Virus record (IMG/VR): IMGVR_UViG_3300001866_000285
Span: 1-35,415 of that record
Direction: 5' to 3' (one strand)
From: a virus
Lineage: Duplodnaviria > Caudoviricetes
Length of the DNA stretch: 35,415 nucleotides
The first letter of the stretch is position 1, and every line of letters begins with the position of its first letter. This document shows, one piece after another, positions 8,428 through 18,692 of this stretch. The notes under the pieces are model-generated. The model had not been told where the DNA came from. It did no database searches and saw only the letters and a list, made by a program, of their open reading frames with translations. Both the position numbers and the translations under genes were made by a program.

Positions 8428-8865
8428 TTATGGTTTGGCTTCGTAGTGCCTGTAGATATAGATATCATATGTATTTGAGCCGGATCTCTCGTTTTTCAGC
8501 CGAATAGTTGCTAATAGCGATTTTGGTCGGAACGGAGTGCTGACAGCTCTCAAATTTCCCAGATATACACTACTTAAAGCGTCTACAGCTCCACCCGCTG
8601 TCTGTGTGACTTCTCCGCCAGCTACCAGCGGCCATACGCGGAGTGTTACTTGACCATCCTCAGTAAGATCGTGTACCCCTAAAGAAATGTAGCTGCAATT
8701 TGTGCTGATTGCACTAGCAATGGCCACCTCTGCTCCAGCTGCTATGGCTATGCTGGAAGCTATTTTTGTTTCCGCTATATAATTTCCGGATAGCTGAAAA
8801 TATGGCTTTAACGAAGTATCTATCCCTTTAAGCCATTGATAAAAAGCATTTATAATACCCTTCAA
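8428..8865 (-). CDS. Hypothetical tail-associated protein, beta-rich
   Basis: GGGAGG RBS before TTG, co-oriented in tail operon. Confidence 0.7.
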   Translation of the reverse strand: MKGIINAFYQWLKGIDTSLKPYFQLSGNYIAETKIASSIAIAAGAEVAIASAISTNCSYISLGVHDLTEDGQVTLRVWPLVAGGEVTQTAGGAVDALSSVYLGNLRAVSTPFRPKSLLATIRLKNERSGSNTYDIYIYRHYEAKP

Positions 8866-8879
8866 CTTGATCCCTCCCT

Positions 8880-9605
8880 TTACCTAAACCTATACAGTGT
8901 GGCCCTGAAATTCAACGCTTGCGCGTCGGTATTTTTTATAAGGAATTTATAAGCATGGGATGATATGGGGAACTTCATAGTCATACGGACATGATTTAAT
9001 GAACTAGCTATGTGGGTCCCATCATCAACTCTTATGTTGGAAAAATACCCAGTAGTATTGTCTTGACCTTCCCAAAATCCAGGGGCCATATACATTTCAA
9101 AATTCGGATTTCCTTCAGGCTGATACACGCTAAACGCCACCTCTTTCCACGGGGTGGTATCAGCATTGATAATGGTAAACATAGTTGTTGTAACACCAGA
9201 AGCGATATTTACGGCGGTAAGGCCCGTCTTTTCTACATACGGACCGACCTGTGCAACAGGCTGACTCCCGGTACCCGTTCCCTGGAGCTGTTTTATAAGC
9301 CCTTTCAATAGCGCCATTTGTGTAGCCGTAGTACTTGCCGGGTCAGTAATAGCAGTATCGGCCTTTGCTCCCTTAGTTACGTCTGAGCCATCAGGGATAC
9401 CTATCTGGGACTGACCATTAGCATCCACCCTTTGGCGGACATAGACACCGCCGGCAGTCATGCCCCACATTATGCTATCAGAGCCATTACGCCCATTACC
9501 AAGCTCGGCTCCGGTTAAAACCTTATAGATATCATTAGTGACATCATGAAACTGAGGGACCGGCAAATTAAATGATTTTAAAATTTCCTTAGTGTTCCAC
9601 GCCAT
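8880..9605 (-). CDS. Putative tail fibre/baseplate-associated protein
   Basis: GAGGAG RBS, follows Dit; Gly/Thr-rich middle and beta-rich C-terminus. Confidence 0.7.
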   Translation of the reverse strand: MAWNTKEILKSFNLPVPQFHDVTNDIYKVLTGAELGNGRNGSDSIMWGMTAGGVYVRQRVDANGQSQIGIPDGSDVTKGAKADTAITDPASTTATQMALLKGLIKQLQGTGTGSQPVAQVGPYVEKTGLTAVNIASGVTTTMFTIINADTTPWKEVAFSVYQPEGNPNFEMYMAPGFWEGQDNTTGYFSNIRVDDGTHIASSLNHVRMTMKFPISSHAYKFLIKNTDAQALNFRATLYRFR

Positions 9606-9620
9606 TATTCTATCTCCTCT

Positions 9621-10367
9621 CTATAGGTATCTTGGCGTCCAGTAGATCGTTGTATTGCATTTACCGACCGGAGTTATGGCCAGGTTGTTACTGCCCAGCG
9701 CCAGTTTATAATCATCCATTCGGCTGTTTTGCCAGTCGAACAGGTTCATGGCCCTGACACCGTTATGCAAAACCGCACCGGTCAGGCAGTTGATCTCCAG
9801 GGTATCATTTGCCACAAAATCATGAACAACGCGGATATATTTACCGCTGCCCAGGGTTACTTTCCATTCACTCGCTACCGCCGTAAACGTCACCATAAAT
9901 CGAGGTGGGGTTAAATTGGTACCGGCATTTACGATAGCGGCTGAATCGGTCACAAAAACCTGACTTTGCTCCGGGCCATAAGTATCCGGCTCACAGCGGA
10001 GAGTCAGGTCGAATTCCTGTGCAGTTACAAACCGGTCAGGATTAATTGGGCCGACAGCCTTTCCCATGAGATATTTGTCCGGTGTATCATCATAGCTAAT
10101 AATTACTCGGTCAGTTGTATGTAGCCAGGCTGCCAGCTGATACTTCTTGGCCTGTAGTGCCTCCAGGCTTGTCTCGATATGGGCGCACCGCAATACATCC
10201 TGAATGTCGCCGCGCCCTCCGGGGAATAGATAACTGCCGTCCCTGCCGGGCAGGTTGACATAGACATCATTGTTAGCCGGCAGTATCTGGCGGGTTTTTG
10301 ACTTCATAACCAAGCCGAATTCACTGCAATGGTGGCCGTTGATTATAAAACCGGGGGGGTTTATCAT
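9621..10367 (-). CDS. Distal tail protein (Dit)
   Basis: Directly after tape measure (ATGA overlap); LPGRDG, CEP..YG, NAGT..TPP, W.PRY motifs. Confidence 0.85.
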   Translation of the reverse strand: MINPPGFIINGHHCSEFGLVMKSKTRQILPANNDVYVNLPGRDGSYLFPGGRGDIQDVLRCAHIETSLEALQAKKYQLAAWLHTTDRVIISYDDTPDKYLMGKAVGPINPDRFVTAQEFDLTLRCEPDTYGPEQSQVFVTDSAAIVNAGTNLTPPRFMVTFTAVASEWKVTLGSGKYIRVVHDFVANDTLEINCLTGAVLHNGVRAMNLFDWQNSRMDDYKLALGSNNLAITPVGKCNTTIYWTPRYL

Positions 10368-12778
10368 TTCTTGCCCACCGCCCTTGCACTGCCGTTTTCT
10401 ACGACATATAATCCTTCGCTAATGGTCCGGCTATCAAGTTTAACAATAAGCTGGATCGGCGCGGGACTGGCAGCTGCCAATTGATTATTGCTTAATGTCC
10501 CTGATCCGATCAGTTTTCCTAATGCCTCAGCGATGATTCCCGGCAATTCCTCCAGCGGAGTTACTACTTCTCTGCGCTTTTCACTAACTCCAATAATTGA
10601 GGGATGATCGAAAATTCCACCTGTGTCATACCAGTTCACGTCAAAGTCAGGGATGGATATTGATTTCCCGGCTATGGTTTTGGTGTCCCAACCGATGGAA
10701 AAATGGGGAGTGGGAATATGTATGGATTTAAAACCGTCCACCAGCCGGTTAATGATATCCTTGCCCCAGTCCCAGGCCTGCGAGGGAATTGATTTTATAT
10801 AGCTCCAGGTATCCTCCAGTTTGTTTTTAACTGTTGTATACAGATTGCTGGCTGAGGTGCCAACACTGCTGGTTATACTGGTCCAGACGTTACCAATACC
10901 GGTCTTAATCCCTTCCCATGCCGTGGTAGCCGCTTTTTTGATCTCTGTCCAGTTGTCAGCTATTTTTGTTGCCAGAAGAACCGCCCAACCGGCAGGACCT
11001 ATGGCGATCAACAACAATTCATCTCCCCATTTTTTAAGGAAGTCCTTTATGCCATTCCAGATGCCGGTTGCTGTATCACTAATCGCTTTCCATGTTCCGG
11101 AAAGCGTCTCTTTGATTTCGTCCCAGTTTTTATACAGCAGAACCCCTATAGCTATAGCTCCGGCTATAGCAGCCACCGCAATGGCTATAGGTGCAACCAG
11201 CGCCCCGATAGATATGCCCATTGCTCCAGCTGTGATAGATAACGAGGCAAATAGACTGGCAGCACTACCGACAATTCCGAGCAGAGGCCCTATTGCCGCA
11301 ATAATACCGACGATAGCCAACACTGCTTTTTTACCGCCTGGTGACAAATTGGAAAAGCCCTCAGCCATGGATTTTAGGGCAGGCGCGACAGTGTTTGTGA
11401 TAATATCAGCTATTGGCAGTAGTGCAGGCCCGATTGCTGCCTGGATTGATCTTAAAGATTGCATGATCGCCAAGCCAGGGTTATTGTCTTCAATTGCTTT
11501 CCGAGCGGCCTCTGTAGCCCCCTCAAATTCATCCAAGCCCTTTACACCATCAGCCATAGCGGTGATTACTTGAGCTCTGACATCTTCCCACTGGGTACCG
11601 AATAAAGCTACACCAGCAGCATTCTGGGCTATTGGATCTTTCATGTTTGCCAGAGCCGCAATGGTGGCCATGAATGCCTTTTGAGCATCGTCTCCGCCTT
11701 TGGCTATTGCAGAGCCCATTTCCTGGGCATTCAGTCCTATAGCGGCAAACCCGTCGGCTGTTGTTTTGGAGCCATCCTGAGCCCTGATGTTGAACTCTTT
11801 CATGGCATCGCCAACTTTGTCGAGGTTCCATGCTCCAGCCTGGGCTCCGGATATCAGCATACCCAAAGCCTGATCGGCGCTTAACCCGAGACTAACAAAT
11901 TGCGGTGAATACTCCCTGAGAGTATCCAGCAATTCACCGGAGAAGTCTCCGCCCTGCTGGAATCCGACTGTAATAAGGTCTAAGGCATCCTTGCCGCTGA
12001 TCTTGAAATTCTTCATCATCACACCGGCTGCGCGGGTGACCTCGTTGACATCCTGATCAAAAACCTGAGCTATTGTCATAGCCCCTTCGGTTACTTCCTG
12101 CAGTTCTTTGTCAGCCATATCACCCATATTTTTGCGGACTGTAGCTATTGCCTGGTTTACCTCTTCAATGCTTTCACCGAATCCATTGGTCCATACTGAC
12201 TTCGCTACTTTCTCAAGCTTTTCGGCTTCAGCCGCAGTTAGACCCAGTGATGCCTGTAGCTTTCCCTGGGCTGCCTCCGCATCTACCGCACCTTTCAGCA
12301 TAACCCCGCCAGCGGCAACAATTGGCGCAGTTAATCCGACAGACAGTTTTTCTCCGGCACCTTTCATCTTATCGCCGGCAGCGTTAAGCCGATCACCCAG
12401 ATTGTCGGCTTTCGCCCCGGTTTCCTCCAGCCGGTCTGCCAGGCCCTTTAGCTCTTGTTCCGTCTTGGCTATCTCTCGCTGGAATGCCCGGTATTGACCC
12501 TCGCTGATATCGCCCCTAGCAAATTGCTGATTTACTTGCTCCTGGGCTGCCCGGAGCCGGTCAAGCTTTTCGCCGGTGTTGGCCACGGCATCAGTAAGCA
12601 ACTTCTGCTTTTGGGCCACCAGTTCTGTATTGGTGGGGTCCAGTTTCAAGAGCTTTTCAACCTGTTTCAACTCAGTTTGAATATCTTTCGATCTTTTATT
12701 GACATCACCCAGGGAGGCTTGCAGCCCCGTGGTTTCCGCACCGATTACTACATTTATCCCTTTAATGGTTTCAGCCAT
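10364..12778 (-). CDS. Tail tape measure protein
   Basis: IKGINVVIG N-terminus, coiled coil, Ala/Gly-rich core, hydrophobic segment and Trp-periodic repeats. Confidence 0.95.
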   Translation of the reverse strand: MAETIKGINVVIGAETTGLQASLGDVNKRSKDIQTELKQVEKLLKLDPTNTELVAQKQKLLTDAVANTGEKLDRLRAAQEQVNQQFARGDISEGQYRAFQREIAKTEQELKGLADRLEETGAKADNLGDRLNAAGDKMKGAGEKLSVGLTAPIVAAGGVMLKGAVDAEAAQGKLQASLGLTAAEAEKLEKVAKSVWTNGFGESIEEVNQAIATVRKNMGDMADKELQEVTEGAMTIAQVFDQDVNEVTRAAGVMMKNFKISGKDALDLITVGFQQGGDFSGELLDTLREYSPQFVSLGLSADQALGMLISGAQAGAWNLDKVGDAMKEFNIRAQDGSKTTADGFAAIGLNAQEMGSAIAKGGDDAQKAFMATIAALANMKDPIAQNAAGVALFGTQWEDVRAQVITAMADGVKGLDEFEGATEAARKAIEDNNPGLAIMQSLRSIQAAIGPALLPIADIITNTVAPALKSMAEGFSNLSPGGKKAVLAIVGIIAAIGPLLGIVGSAASLFASLSITAGAMGISIGALVAPIAIAVAAIAGAIAIGVLLYKNWDEIKETLSGTWKAISDTATGIWNGIKDFLKKWGDELLLIAIGPAGWAVLLATKIADNWTEIKKAATTAWEGIKTGIGNVWTSITSSVGTSASNLYTTVKNKLEDTWSYIKSIPSQAWDWGKDIINRLVDGFKSIHIPTPHFSIGWDTKTIAGKSISIPDFDVNWYDTGGIFDHPSIIGVSEKRREVVTPLEELPGIIAEALGKLIGSGTLSNNQLAAASPAPIQLIVKLDSRTISEGLYVVENGSARAVGKK

Positions 12779-12790
12779 GGTCTCACCACC

Positions 12791-13063
12791 TTATTTTGCG
12801 AACTTTTCCCGGAGTCGTTTACGATCCGGGGCAGTCTGTTCGAGTATCCAGCACTTTTCAAGGTATTCCCGACCGTCTTCAGTCTGGTTTAGCCGGTAGA
12901 TATAGGCATCCCGGAGCAGTAGTTGGAATTCATCTACCGGTAAACCTGGAATATCAAAGAAGCTGATCTGTGCATAATCACAAATCAGCTTCTCCGGCAG
13001 GGTAATAATGCGGTATTCAAACCCCTCACCGCCATTGTCTTCAGGGCAATGAGGGATTTTTAG
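12791..13063 (-). CDS. Tail assembly chaperone C-terminal extension (gpT-like), reached by -1 frameshift
   Basis: 90-codon open frame without ATG (LKIPHCPED...RLREKFAK) filling the gap before the tape measure gene; slippery CCCAAAC at 13069-13063. Confidence 0.8.
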   Translation of the reverse strand, partial: LKIPHCPEDNGGEGFEYRIITLPEKLICDYAQISFFDIPGLPVDEFQLLLRDAYIYRLNQTEDGREYLEKCWILEQTAPDRKRLREKFAK

Positions 13064-13359
13064 TTTGGGTCTGAGAGTACCTGCTTAACCCATTTGCCAT
13101 ATTCGATGAAGAATTCTTTCAGGTCATCAAGATCAAAAAGTCTCATGTCTTCATCAGTTATCTCCGTTCCCTGCCGATTACTTTTCATTACCGTGGCAGC
13201 AGCCTCTTTAAGCTGATCATAATCAACAGAATAGGGATTCTTCGATATCTCTACCATGGAATCATAGACATCCATCGTAGGGCATGGTATCTGCAGCTTG
13301 GTTCCATTATGCAGGGCAACATCCCAGTATTTCTTTTTTCGCTTACTAAAATCAAGCAT
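13060..13359 (-). CDS. Tail assembly chaperone (gpG-like)
   Basis: Between major tail and tape measure genes; ends GAC CCA AAC TAA. Confidence 0.85.
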   Translation of the reverse strand: MLDFSKRKKKYWDVALHNGTKLQIPCPTMDVYDSMVEISKNPYSVDYDQLKEAAATVMKSNRQGTEITDEDMRLFDLDDLKEFFIEYGKWVKQVLSDPN

Positions 13360-13369
13360 GATTACCCTC

Positions 13370-13906
13370 CTATGCTGCCGGGATCTCTTCCTGCAGGATT
13401 ATCAGCGTTCCATCGGTATCACTTGGCTGAGCCTTGAACTCGGCATTGACAATGGTTTCCTTGTCTTTCGCAAAAGCCAGGGTGAAGCCGGCTTCATTGG
13501 TGCCTACAATGGTCACTCTCAGATCCCCGTCCTCAGCATCTTCATGGAGGAAGTGTATCACGTACTGTTTACCGTCATAGTTACCAATGCCCCCTATTTT
13601 CAGGGTCCGGATATGAGTTGTGGTGTCCTCGCTTACGGTTCCAGTTGAACAAAGTTTGTCCAGCTTGGTTAGATCCCAGGTCATGATTCCAGACTTCAGG
13701 ATCGCTTCTTCTTCCGTGATGATCTTTTTGGATACCCGCCCCAGGTCATCTTTGGCCTCATAGAATTTCGGCTTATATTCAAGGCTCGCGCCGCCCTGGA
13801 TATATCCCAGACGGTTTGCATCGGTTTCAAGTACGTTGTTGGCCGGGATGGTGCCTGTAAACTCGGCAATAAAGAGCTTTCCGCTGCCCAGTACTATTTT
13901 ATCCAT
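13370..13906 (-). CDS. Major tail tube protein
   Basis: Synteny; IVLGSGKL, LGYIQGGA, GFTLAFAKDKET; acidic. Confidence 0.85.
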   Translation of the reverse strand: MDKIVLGSGKLFIAEFTGTIPANNVLETDANRLGYIQGGASLEYKPKFYEAKDDLGRVSKKIITEEEAILKSGIMTWDLTKLDKLCSTGTVSEDTTTHIRTLKIGGIGNYDGKQYVIHFLHEDAEDGDLRVTIVGTNEAGFTLAFAKDKETIVNAEFKAQPSDTDGTLIILQEEIPAA

Positions 13907-13908
13907 TA

Positions 13909-14244
13909 TTAGGCCCTCCTTATTTTGTTCGTGGTTTCGAAAAAATAGGCTGTAAGGTAAAGTCCCTCGCTTTCAATCAGGTCATCGAAAGTCATAGTCC
14001 ATTCAATTCCCTGATCATTTAGCCAGGCCTCGACTTTGCCCTGTGCCTGCAGGTCTTTTTTGACCGTGTAGATCTCTACAAGCCAGTTTGCTTGTCTGAT
14101 CTCGTTTCGCTCATCACTCCCCCAGCCTCTTGCTCCAGCCTCGCGGAGTATGATATAGGGTAATGCAGGGGTTTCCTTAAAATCGTTGTGAGCCACCGGC
14201 ATCCTAAATGTTTTCAGCCCAGCAATTAATTCAACCTGGGTCAT
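13909..14244 (-). CDS. Tail terminator / completion protein
   Basis: Synteny; PALPYI, VEIYT.KKD motifs. Confidence 0.75.
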   Translation of the reverse strand: MTQVELIAGLKTFRMPVAHNDFKETPALPYIILREAGARGWGSDERNEIRQANWLVEIYTVKKDLQAQGKVEAWLNDQGIEWTMTFDDLIESEGLYLTAYFFETTNKIRRA

Positions 14245-14645
14245 GATCCATCCCCACCCCCGTTCTTGATAACGCGCTTAATGCGCCCCTCAAGCTGCGG
14301 TGCGTATTTGTCATATGCAGGTATCATGTGAGGTGTGCCTTTCACGCTCCCCTTGCCATTGGCTTTCTTATGGCCAAATTCCAAGAGATGCACCAGCCTA
14401 TAGTGCTTTTTGTTCCAGATTACATATTTTCTGTAACCATGGCTGGCCAGGCATTTATCGGTTTTGACAAAACCTCTGGCGTACTTGCCGGTTCTACCAT
14501 GCGGAGCATTCATAGCTGTATCCATAAGTATCTGATCAGCAACATTTGAACATGCTATGCCTACCCCTTCTGATACATCCTCGGTATACTCCTGAACTGC
14601 CTGAGTGATCTCGGCTGCCAGCTGGTCAATAGATATGTTAGCCAT
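14241..14645 (-). CDS. HK97 gp10-like neck protein
   Basis: RTGKYARG, HLLEFGH, PHMIPA; start MANIS at 14645 after AAGGTGG. Confidence 0.85.
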   Translation of the reverse strand: MANISIDQLAAEITQAVQEYTEDVSEGVGIACSNVADQILMDTAMNAPHGRTGKYARGFVKTDKCLASHGYRKYVIWNKKHYRLVHLLEFGHKKANGKGSVKGTPHMIPAYDKYAPQLEGRIKRVIKNGGGDGS

Positions 14646-14967
14646 TGGCTGCCACCTTCTCACATATCAATTCAACTTCCTCGAAATTGGCTGAGTATGT
14701 TCGGATCACCTTATACTTGGTACCTTCATACTCCACCTGGGTTTCACCGAAGTATTCATAACCGTGAACCACAAAAATGATTTCGGGCTTCAGTCCGCTT
14801 GTGGCGGCATTATAGAATTCGGATCTACCTATCGACTTGACGCCGCACAGGACAACTGACTTAATTTCTTCACCGATCTGATTACCAACTTCATCAGTCT
14901 GCGGATTTCCGTTTTCATCTTTCGGGTATATCATTCCAATCAGTGTCAACTCGTTGTCATAGGTCAT
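14638..14967 (-). CDS. Head closure / head-tail adaptor (SPP1 gp16-like)
   Basis: SIGRSEFYNA..GLKPE, YKVIRTY, ELICE; synteny. Confidence 0.85.
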   Translation of the reverse strand: MTYDNELTLIGMIYPKDENGNPQTDEVGNQIGEEIKSVVLCGVKSIGRSEFYNAATSGLKPEIIFVVHGYEYFGETQVEYEGTKYKVIRTYSANFEEVELICEKVAANG

Positions 14968-15245
14968 CAGGTACCACCCCCCGCCTGTTTGACAATAAGA
15001 CTGTGCAGCCGAAACTGCAGATGCCTGGGCATCCCCGCATTACTGTCCTTGCTTTGGTACTGCCAGGTAACGTAATCGACCAGGAAAAGCGAATGAGAAG
15101 GGTTGGTGCCGTCAAGCACCAACCCCATATCCGCTATTTCGGCTATTGCGCCATTGACCCTGGCCGTTATATAGGTATCCCGGACAGTAGCAGTTATACC
15201 CAGACGATCCTTGACCAGTGCCAATATTGGTGCGCTATCCATCAC
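14967..15245 (-). CDS. Head-tail connector (HK97 gp6 / SPP1 gp15-like)
   Basis: VKDRLGI..RD, MPRHLQFRL; follows capsid gene; start 15245 (GTG) or 15242 (ATG). Confidence 0.85.
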   Translation of the reverse strand: MMDSAPILALVKDRLGITATVRDTYITARVNGAIAEIADMGLVLDGTNPSHSLFLVDYVTWQYQSKDSNAGMPRHLQFRLHSLIVKQAGGGT

Positions 15246-15254
15246 ATCACCTCA

Positions 15255-16934
15255 TTAGGCCTTGGCAACAACCTGGGCGCTGCCGACCTTAATTGCTCTG
15301 CCGGCTGCATCGAATTCAACCACGGTAATGACCTTGCCGGTCGCCGCAGTGATATCGTCCGGAGAGGTAAAGGTCGTGAATCCAGTATTGCTATCACCGG
15401 ACTTGACAGCTGCTACTTTGCCAAGCACCTTATAGCCCAGGGTAGTGCCGGAAGATTCGGCGCCCGTGACAGTGATCAGGGTATCACCAGAGGCGGTCCC
15501 GGCTACGGAGGTTACGGCCAGGGCTCCAAGCTCAGTATTGGCATAGTCGGTTACAAAGGTCTTGGAAGTCGTAGCGGATGCATTGGCGATATTCACGATG
15601 ACAAAGCCCTCCCCAAATACCGGCATACCATCGTATCGTGCGGTACCCTTGAATACGGTCTGGTCCTCAACAAATTTGACATGCTCGGATACAGCGAACT
15701 GAGACCCGGAGCGCTCGGCCAGCAGGTACAGAGATCCGAAGCCTCCGATAATATCATTGTCCGGAATAAAGGGAAGCTCGATTATTTCCCCGCCTTCAAT
15801 CGGCATAGTTCCATTCAGACCGGCTACCAGAGCTCCGGCAGCGTTAAAGGTGATTGCCTTCGACAACAGAGTCATACGGGTTTTCCGGTTCATAGCCCAG
15901 AAGGTTCCACCAACCGCATAGTTGGGCTCGGCAACTCCCAGGTCCAGAACCAGGGCTGCGAAAAATGCTTCAGCAGTCATGCCTGACGGATTGATCTTCA
16001 ATATATGCGTGGAATGCAAATCAGTCCACGCCGGGGCATTGGTCCCCCAGTCGCTGGGCTTAGCGGTCTGAGCCAATCTGGTGGCAATACCGAGCGGCAT
16101 CTTGATTCCGGTACCATACAGGATGGCCTTGTCAACAGCTAAGCCGATGGCCTGGCCCAGGATGTCCAGGATCTCATTGGCCAGGTTCAGATCGCTATCT
16201 TCCAGGGTGGAATTCGGTATCGGGATAAACCCGCCAACCTTATAACCATCAACCTCGATCTGGCTGAGGCTGAGAAGCAATTCATTCAGAGCGCCGACTG
16301 CTTCAGTCCAAACACCTTCAGGAACTGCTCCAGTGATATTCTGCCGGGCCTTGCCGCCAACAGATTTCAACCGTATCTTGGTGATCAGTTTGCTGTATCT
16401 GTAAAGGTTATCCCTTAACAGATCAAGCACAATATCCGGTATGGTCAGCTCTGCGCCGGTGGCAGCCCTCTGCTGCCCCTTGAACTCACGGACCCGAGCC
16501 AAGAAATCTTTGACCTCATCCCGGGCTATAAATGCGGTGCGCTGCTCTATGGTCATGCTCGCGCCCCTGAAAAAACCGTTTCTCATCCTTACTTCTCCTC
16601 CTTGATATAATTTGCCCCTATCAGTAGCCTGGGGTGCCGGTGCCGGGGGTGCGGCATCGGGACCTTTGCTGTTCAGCTGGTCCAGTTCACCCTCCAGGGT
16701 GGCTATCTCGCCCTCCAGCTTACTCTTCTTTTCATCAACGTCCTTCTGGTCGGCATCCAATTTCTCAATTTCCGCTTCAACCGCAGATATTTCTTCATCG
16801 GTTTTGGCTTCTTCAATGGCAGTCTCCAGCTCTTCAGAGCGTTTTTTCAGGGCTTCTTCCTGTTCCAATATCCCTGCCCGTTCGATTTTTCGCTGTTCAA
16901 TCTTCCTGGACAACATCAATTGTTTGAGTGCCAT
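15255..16934 (-). CDS. Major capsid protein, HK97 fold, with N-terminal coiled-coil scaffold and C-terminal extension
   Basis: Glu/Lys-rich N-terminus, TIP, AILYGTG..PLGI, FKGTARYDG. Confidence 0.93.
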   Translation of the reverse strand: MALKQLMLSRKIEQRKIERAGILEQEEALKKRSEELETAIEEAKTDEEISAVEAEIEKLDADQKDVDEKKSKLEGEIATLEGELDQLNSKGPDAAPPAPAPQATDRGKLYQGGEVRMRNGFFRGASMTIEQRTAFIARDEVKDFLARVREFKGQQRAATGAELTIPDIVLDLLRDNLYRYSKLITKIRLKSVGGKARQNITGAVPEGVWTEAVGALNELLLSLSQIEVDGYKVGGFIPIPNSTLEDSDLNLANEILDILGQAIGLAVDKAILYGTGIKMPLGIATRLAQTAKPSDWGTNAPAWTDLHSTHILKINPSGMTAEAFFAALVLDLGVAEPNYAVGGTFWAMNRKTRMTLLSKAITFNAAGALVAGLNGTMPIEGGEIIELPFIPDNDIIGGFGSLYLLAERSGSQFAVSEHVKFVEDQTVFKGTARYDGMPVFGEGFVIVNIANASATTSKTFVTDYANTELGALAVTSVAGTASGDTLITVTGAESSGTTLGYKVLGKVAAVKSGDSNTGFTTFTSPDDITAATGKVITVVEFDAAGRAIKVGSAQVVAKA

Positions 16935-17503
16935 GCCTTTAACCTCTCTTTCAGTTGGTTTTTTCTCTGCTCCCTGACCCGTTCATGGTGCTGGGCATAC
17001 TCAGCTTTACGTGCCTGGATGCCCGTTTGTTCATAAGCCGGGAAGGTGCAGGGGCTTACTTCATGCAGATCAGCTTCCTGTATGGTCCACTTGACTGTTC
17101 CGTCTTGCCGCCAATCAGCTTCTTCTTTGTCAATATTGAAACCAAAACTGCACTGATCCACATCTCCACGTTTCACCCGTTCATAGAGGTTTACCGCATC
17201 CGAATCGTTGGGGTTGATTTTGATTCGCCCCCATAACCCATGGCTGTCTGCCTTTAACTCCAGTGTTCCGGCCTTATTTCTACCCAGAACCAGGGTTGTA
17301 TCATGATTGATCAAGGCTCGGATGTCATTACCCAGGGTGTTATCAAAGGCACCTGGCGCTATCTCTTCAAAAGCCCCAGGCCACAGCTCGGTTTGCTGAT
17401 TGAATACGGCGAAATATCCTTCTATGTACCTATCCTCGCTTTCCGGTTCAGCCCTGGTCTTCAGTTCGGTCTGCAGACTGCGGATCTGTTTTTCACTCCT
17501 CAC
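16916..17503 (-). CDS. Prohead maturation protease (HK97 family)
   Basis: [29 protein letters not shown]; GTG 17503 is 8 nt after GGAGG. Confidence 0.93.
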   Translation of the reverse strand: MRSEKQIRSLQTELKTRAEPESEDRYIEGYFAVFNQQTELWPGAFEEIAPGAFDNTLGNDIRALINHDTTLVLGRNKAGTLELKADSHGLWGRIKINPNDSDAVNLYERVKRGDVDQCSFGFNIDKEEADWRQDGTVKWTIQEADLHEVSPCTFPAYEQTGIQARKAEYAQHHERVREQRKNQLKERLKAWHSNN

Positions 17504-18692
17504 CCTGTCCACCTCCATTCTTCAGTTTCTTTTGGTCCCCGATGGTCCCCAATGGAATGTAGTTTTCAAGTATCACATGCTCCGAGAGACCGGGGGCCGG
17601 GGGCATTCCCAACCAGTCCAGCACCTGGTTGCCTGTCATAATGCCGCGTACATACATATCGCTGCCCACCTCGGCCAGTTCCTTTATGTCATAGGCATAA
17701 AGGCTGCGCGGGTTGAACTTGAAGTACAGATCCGGGCTGTATAACAACTTCCTGCTCAGCTCCTGCTGTATCCCCTGGGCTATGGGCAGGATGGTGGAAT
17801 TGATAAAGCTGTTGTATTCGTCTTTGTTGAAGCTCCCGACACCCAAGAAAAAGGCGGGAACTCCGAAGATTCCCGCTACAGTTCTTTTATCAAGTTGTAC
17901 CGCGTCATTTAAAGCCAGATCGGTGAGGCTCAGGGGTTTGACCTGCTCTACCTTAACCAGTTCTGCCGGTACCACCCAGGGTTTCCCCTCACCAGTTTCA
18001 CTAATGTACTTTTTAAGTATGGCATCGCGGCCTTCTTCACTTGCCAGTTCCTCGGTCATAGCATCCACCGCGACTATGACGCTGGGTTTCCACTTGTCGG
18101 ACATAAAAGATTTTTTTGTTTTGGCTGCCTGCCGGAGATTATCAACTATCTCTTTCAGGACCACCCGATATCCGGTGCCTATGTAGGGCCTTTCCGGGTC
18201 CGGATTGACGATGAAATGCAGAACTTCATCATGACTGTATGACTGCCCCTTATACATTACCTGGTACCCTCCGGGCACATCAAAAAATGAGACCCCGGAC
18301 GGCGACAAGGGGATCAGATCAGCAATCAGTCCATTCTCGACCTTCGGGTATACCACGCTGTTCCCTCGGCCTGCCAAAAGCATGGTATTCACGATGTTGT
18401 ACACCCATGCCTTCCTGGTCATAAGGCTGTAGGGATCGATATCGATCTTCCGGGACAGTTCGTTTTTCACTCGGATATCGCCATCATCGGTATTCTGCAT
18501 CAAGTGGATCGTCATGCTGGATATCAGATCCGCTATTTTGTGAGCAGCGATCTTAACCTCCGGGTTATCTGATAACCGGGTATAGCCGGAAATACACAGA
18601 GTATCATAAGCATCCGCAGTCATAAACCAACTCGCGGTGCTTGGAGTATCGGCCCTTATTTTCTGTTGGCCCTGCTTTGACTTTCTGCTCAT
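17493..18692 (-). CDS. Portal protein (HK97 family)
   Basis: [26 protein letters not shown]; ATG 18692 overlaps terminase stop (ATGA). Confidence 0.93.
   Translation of the reverse strand: MSRKSKQGQQKIRADTPSTASWFMTADAYDTLCISGYTRLSDNPEVKIAAHKIADLISSMTIHLMQNTDDGDIRVKNELSRKIDIDPYSLMTRKAWVYNIVNTMLLAGRGNSVVYPKVENGLIADLIPLSPSGVSFFDVPGGYQVMYKGQSYSHDEVLHFIVNPDPERPYIGTGYRVVLKEIVDNLRQAAKTKKSFMSDKWKPSVIVAVDAMTEELASEEGRDAILKKYISETGEGKPWVVPAELVKVEQVKPLSLTDLALNDAVQLDKRTVAGIFGVPAFFLGVGSFNKDEYNSFINSTILPIAQGIQQELSRKLLYSPDLYFKFNPRSLYAYDIKELAEVGSDMYVRGIMTGNQVLDWLGMPPAPGLSEHVILENYIPLGTIGDQKKLKNGGGQGEE

Noticed and set aside
10821-12899. Several plus-strand ORFs up to 250 aa
   Set aside because: Antisense to the tape measure gene; explained by its codon bias
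14943-15986. 347-aa plus-strand ORF
   Set aside because: Antisense shadow of capsid and connector genes; no RBS or motif
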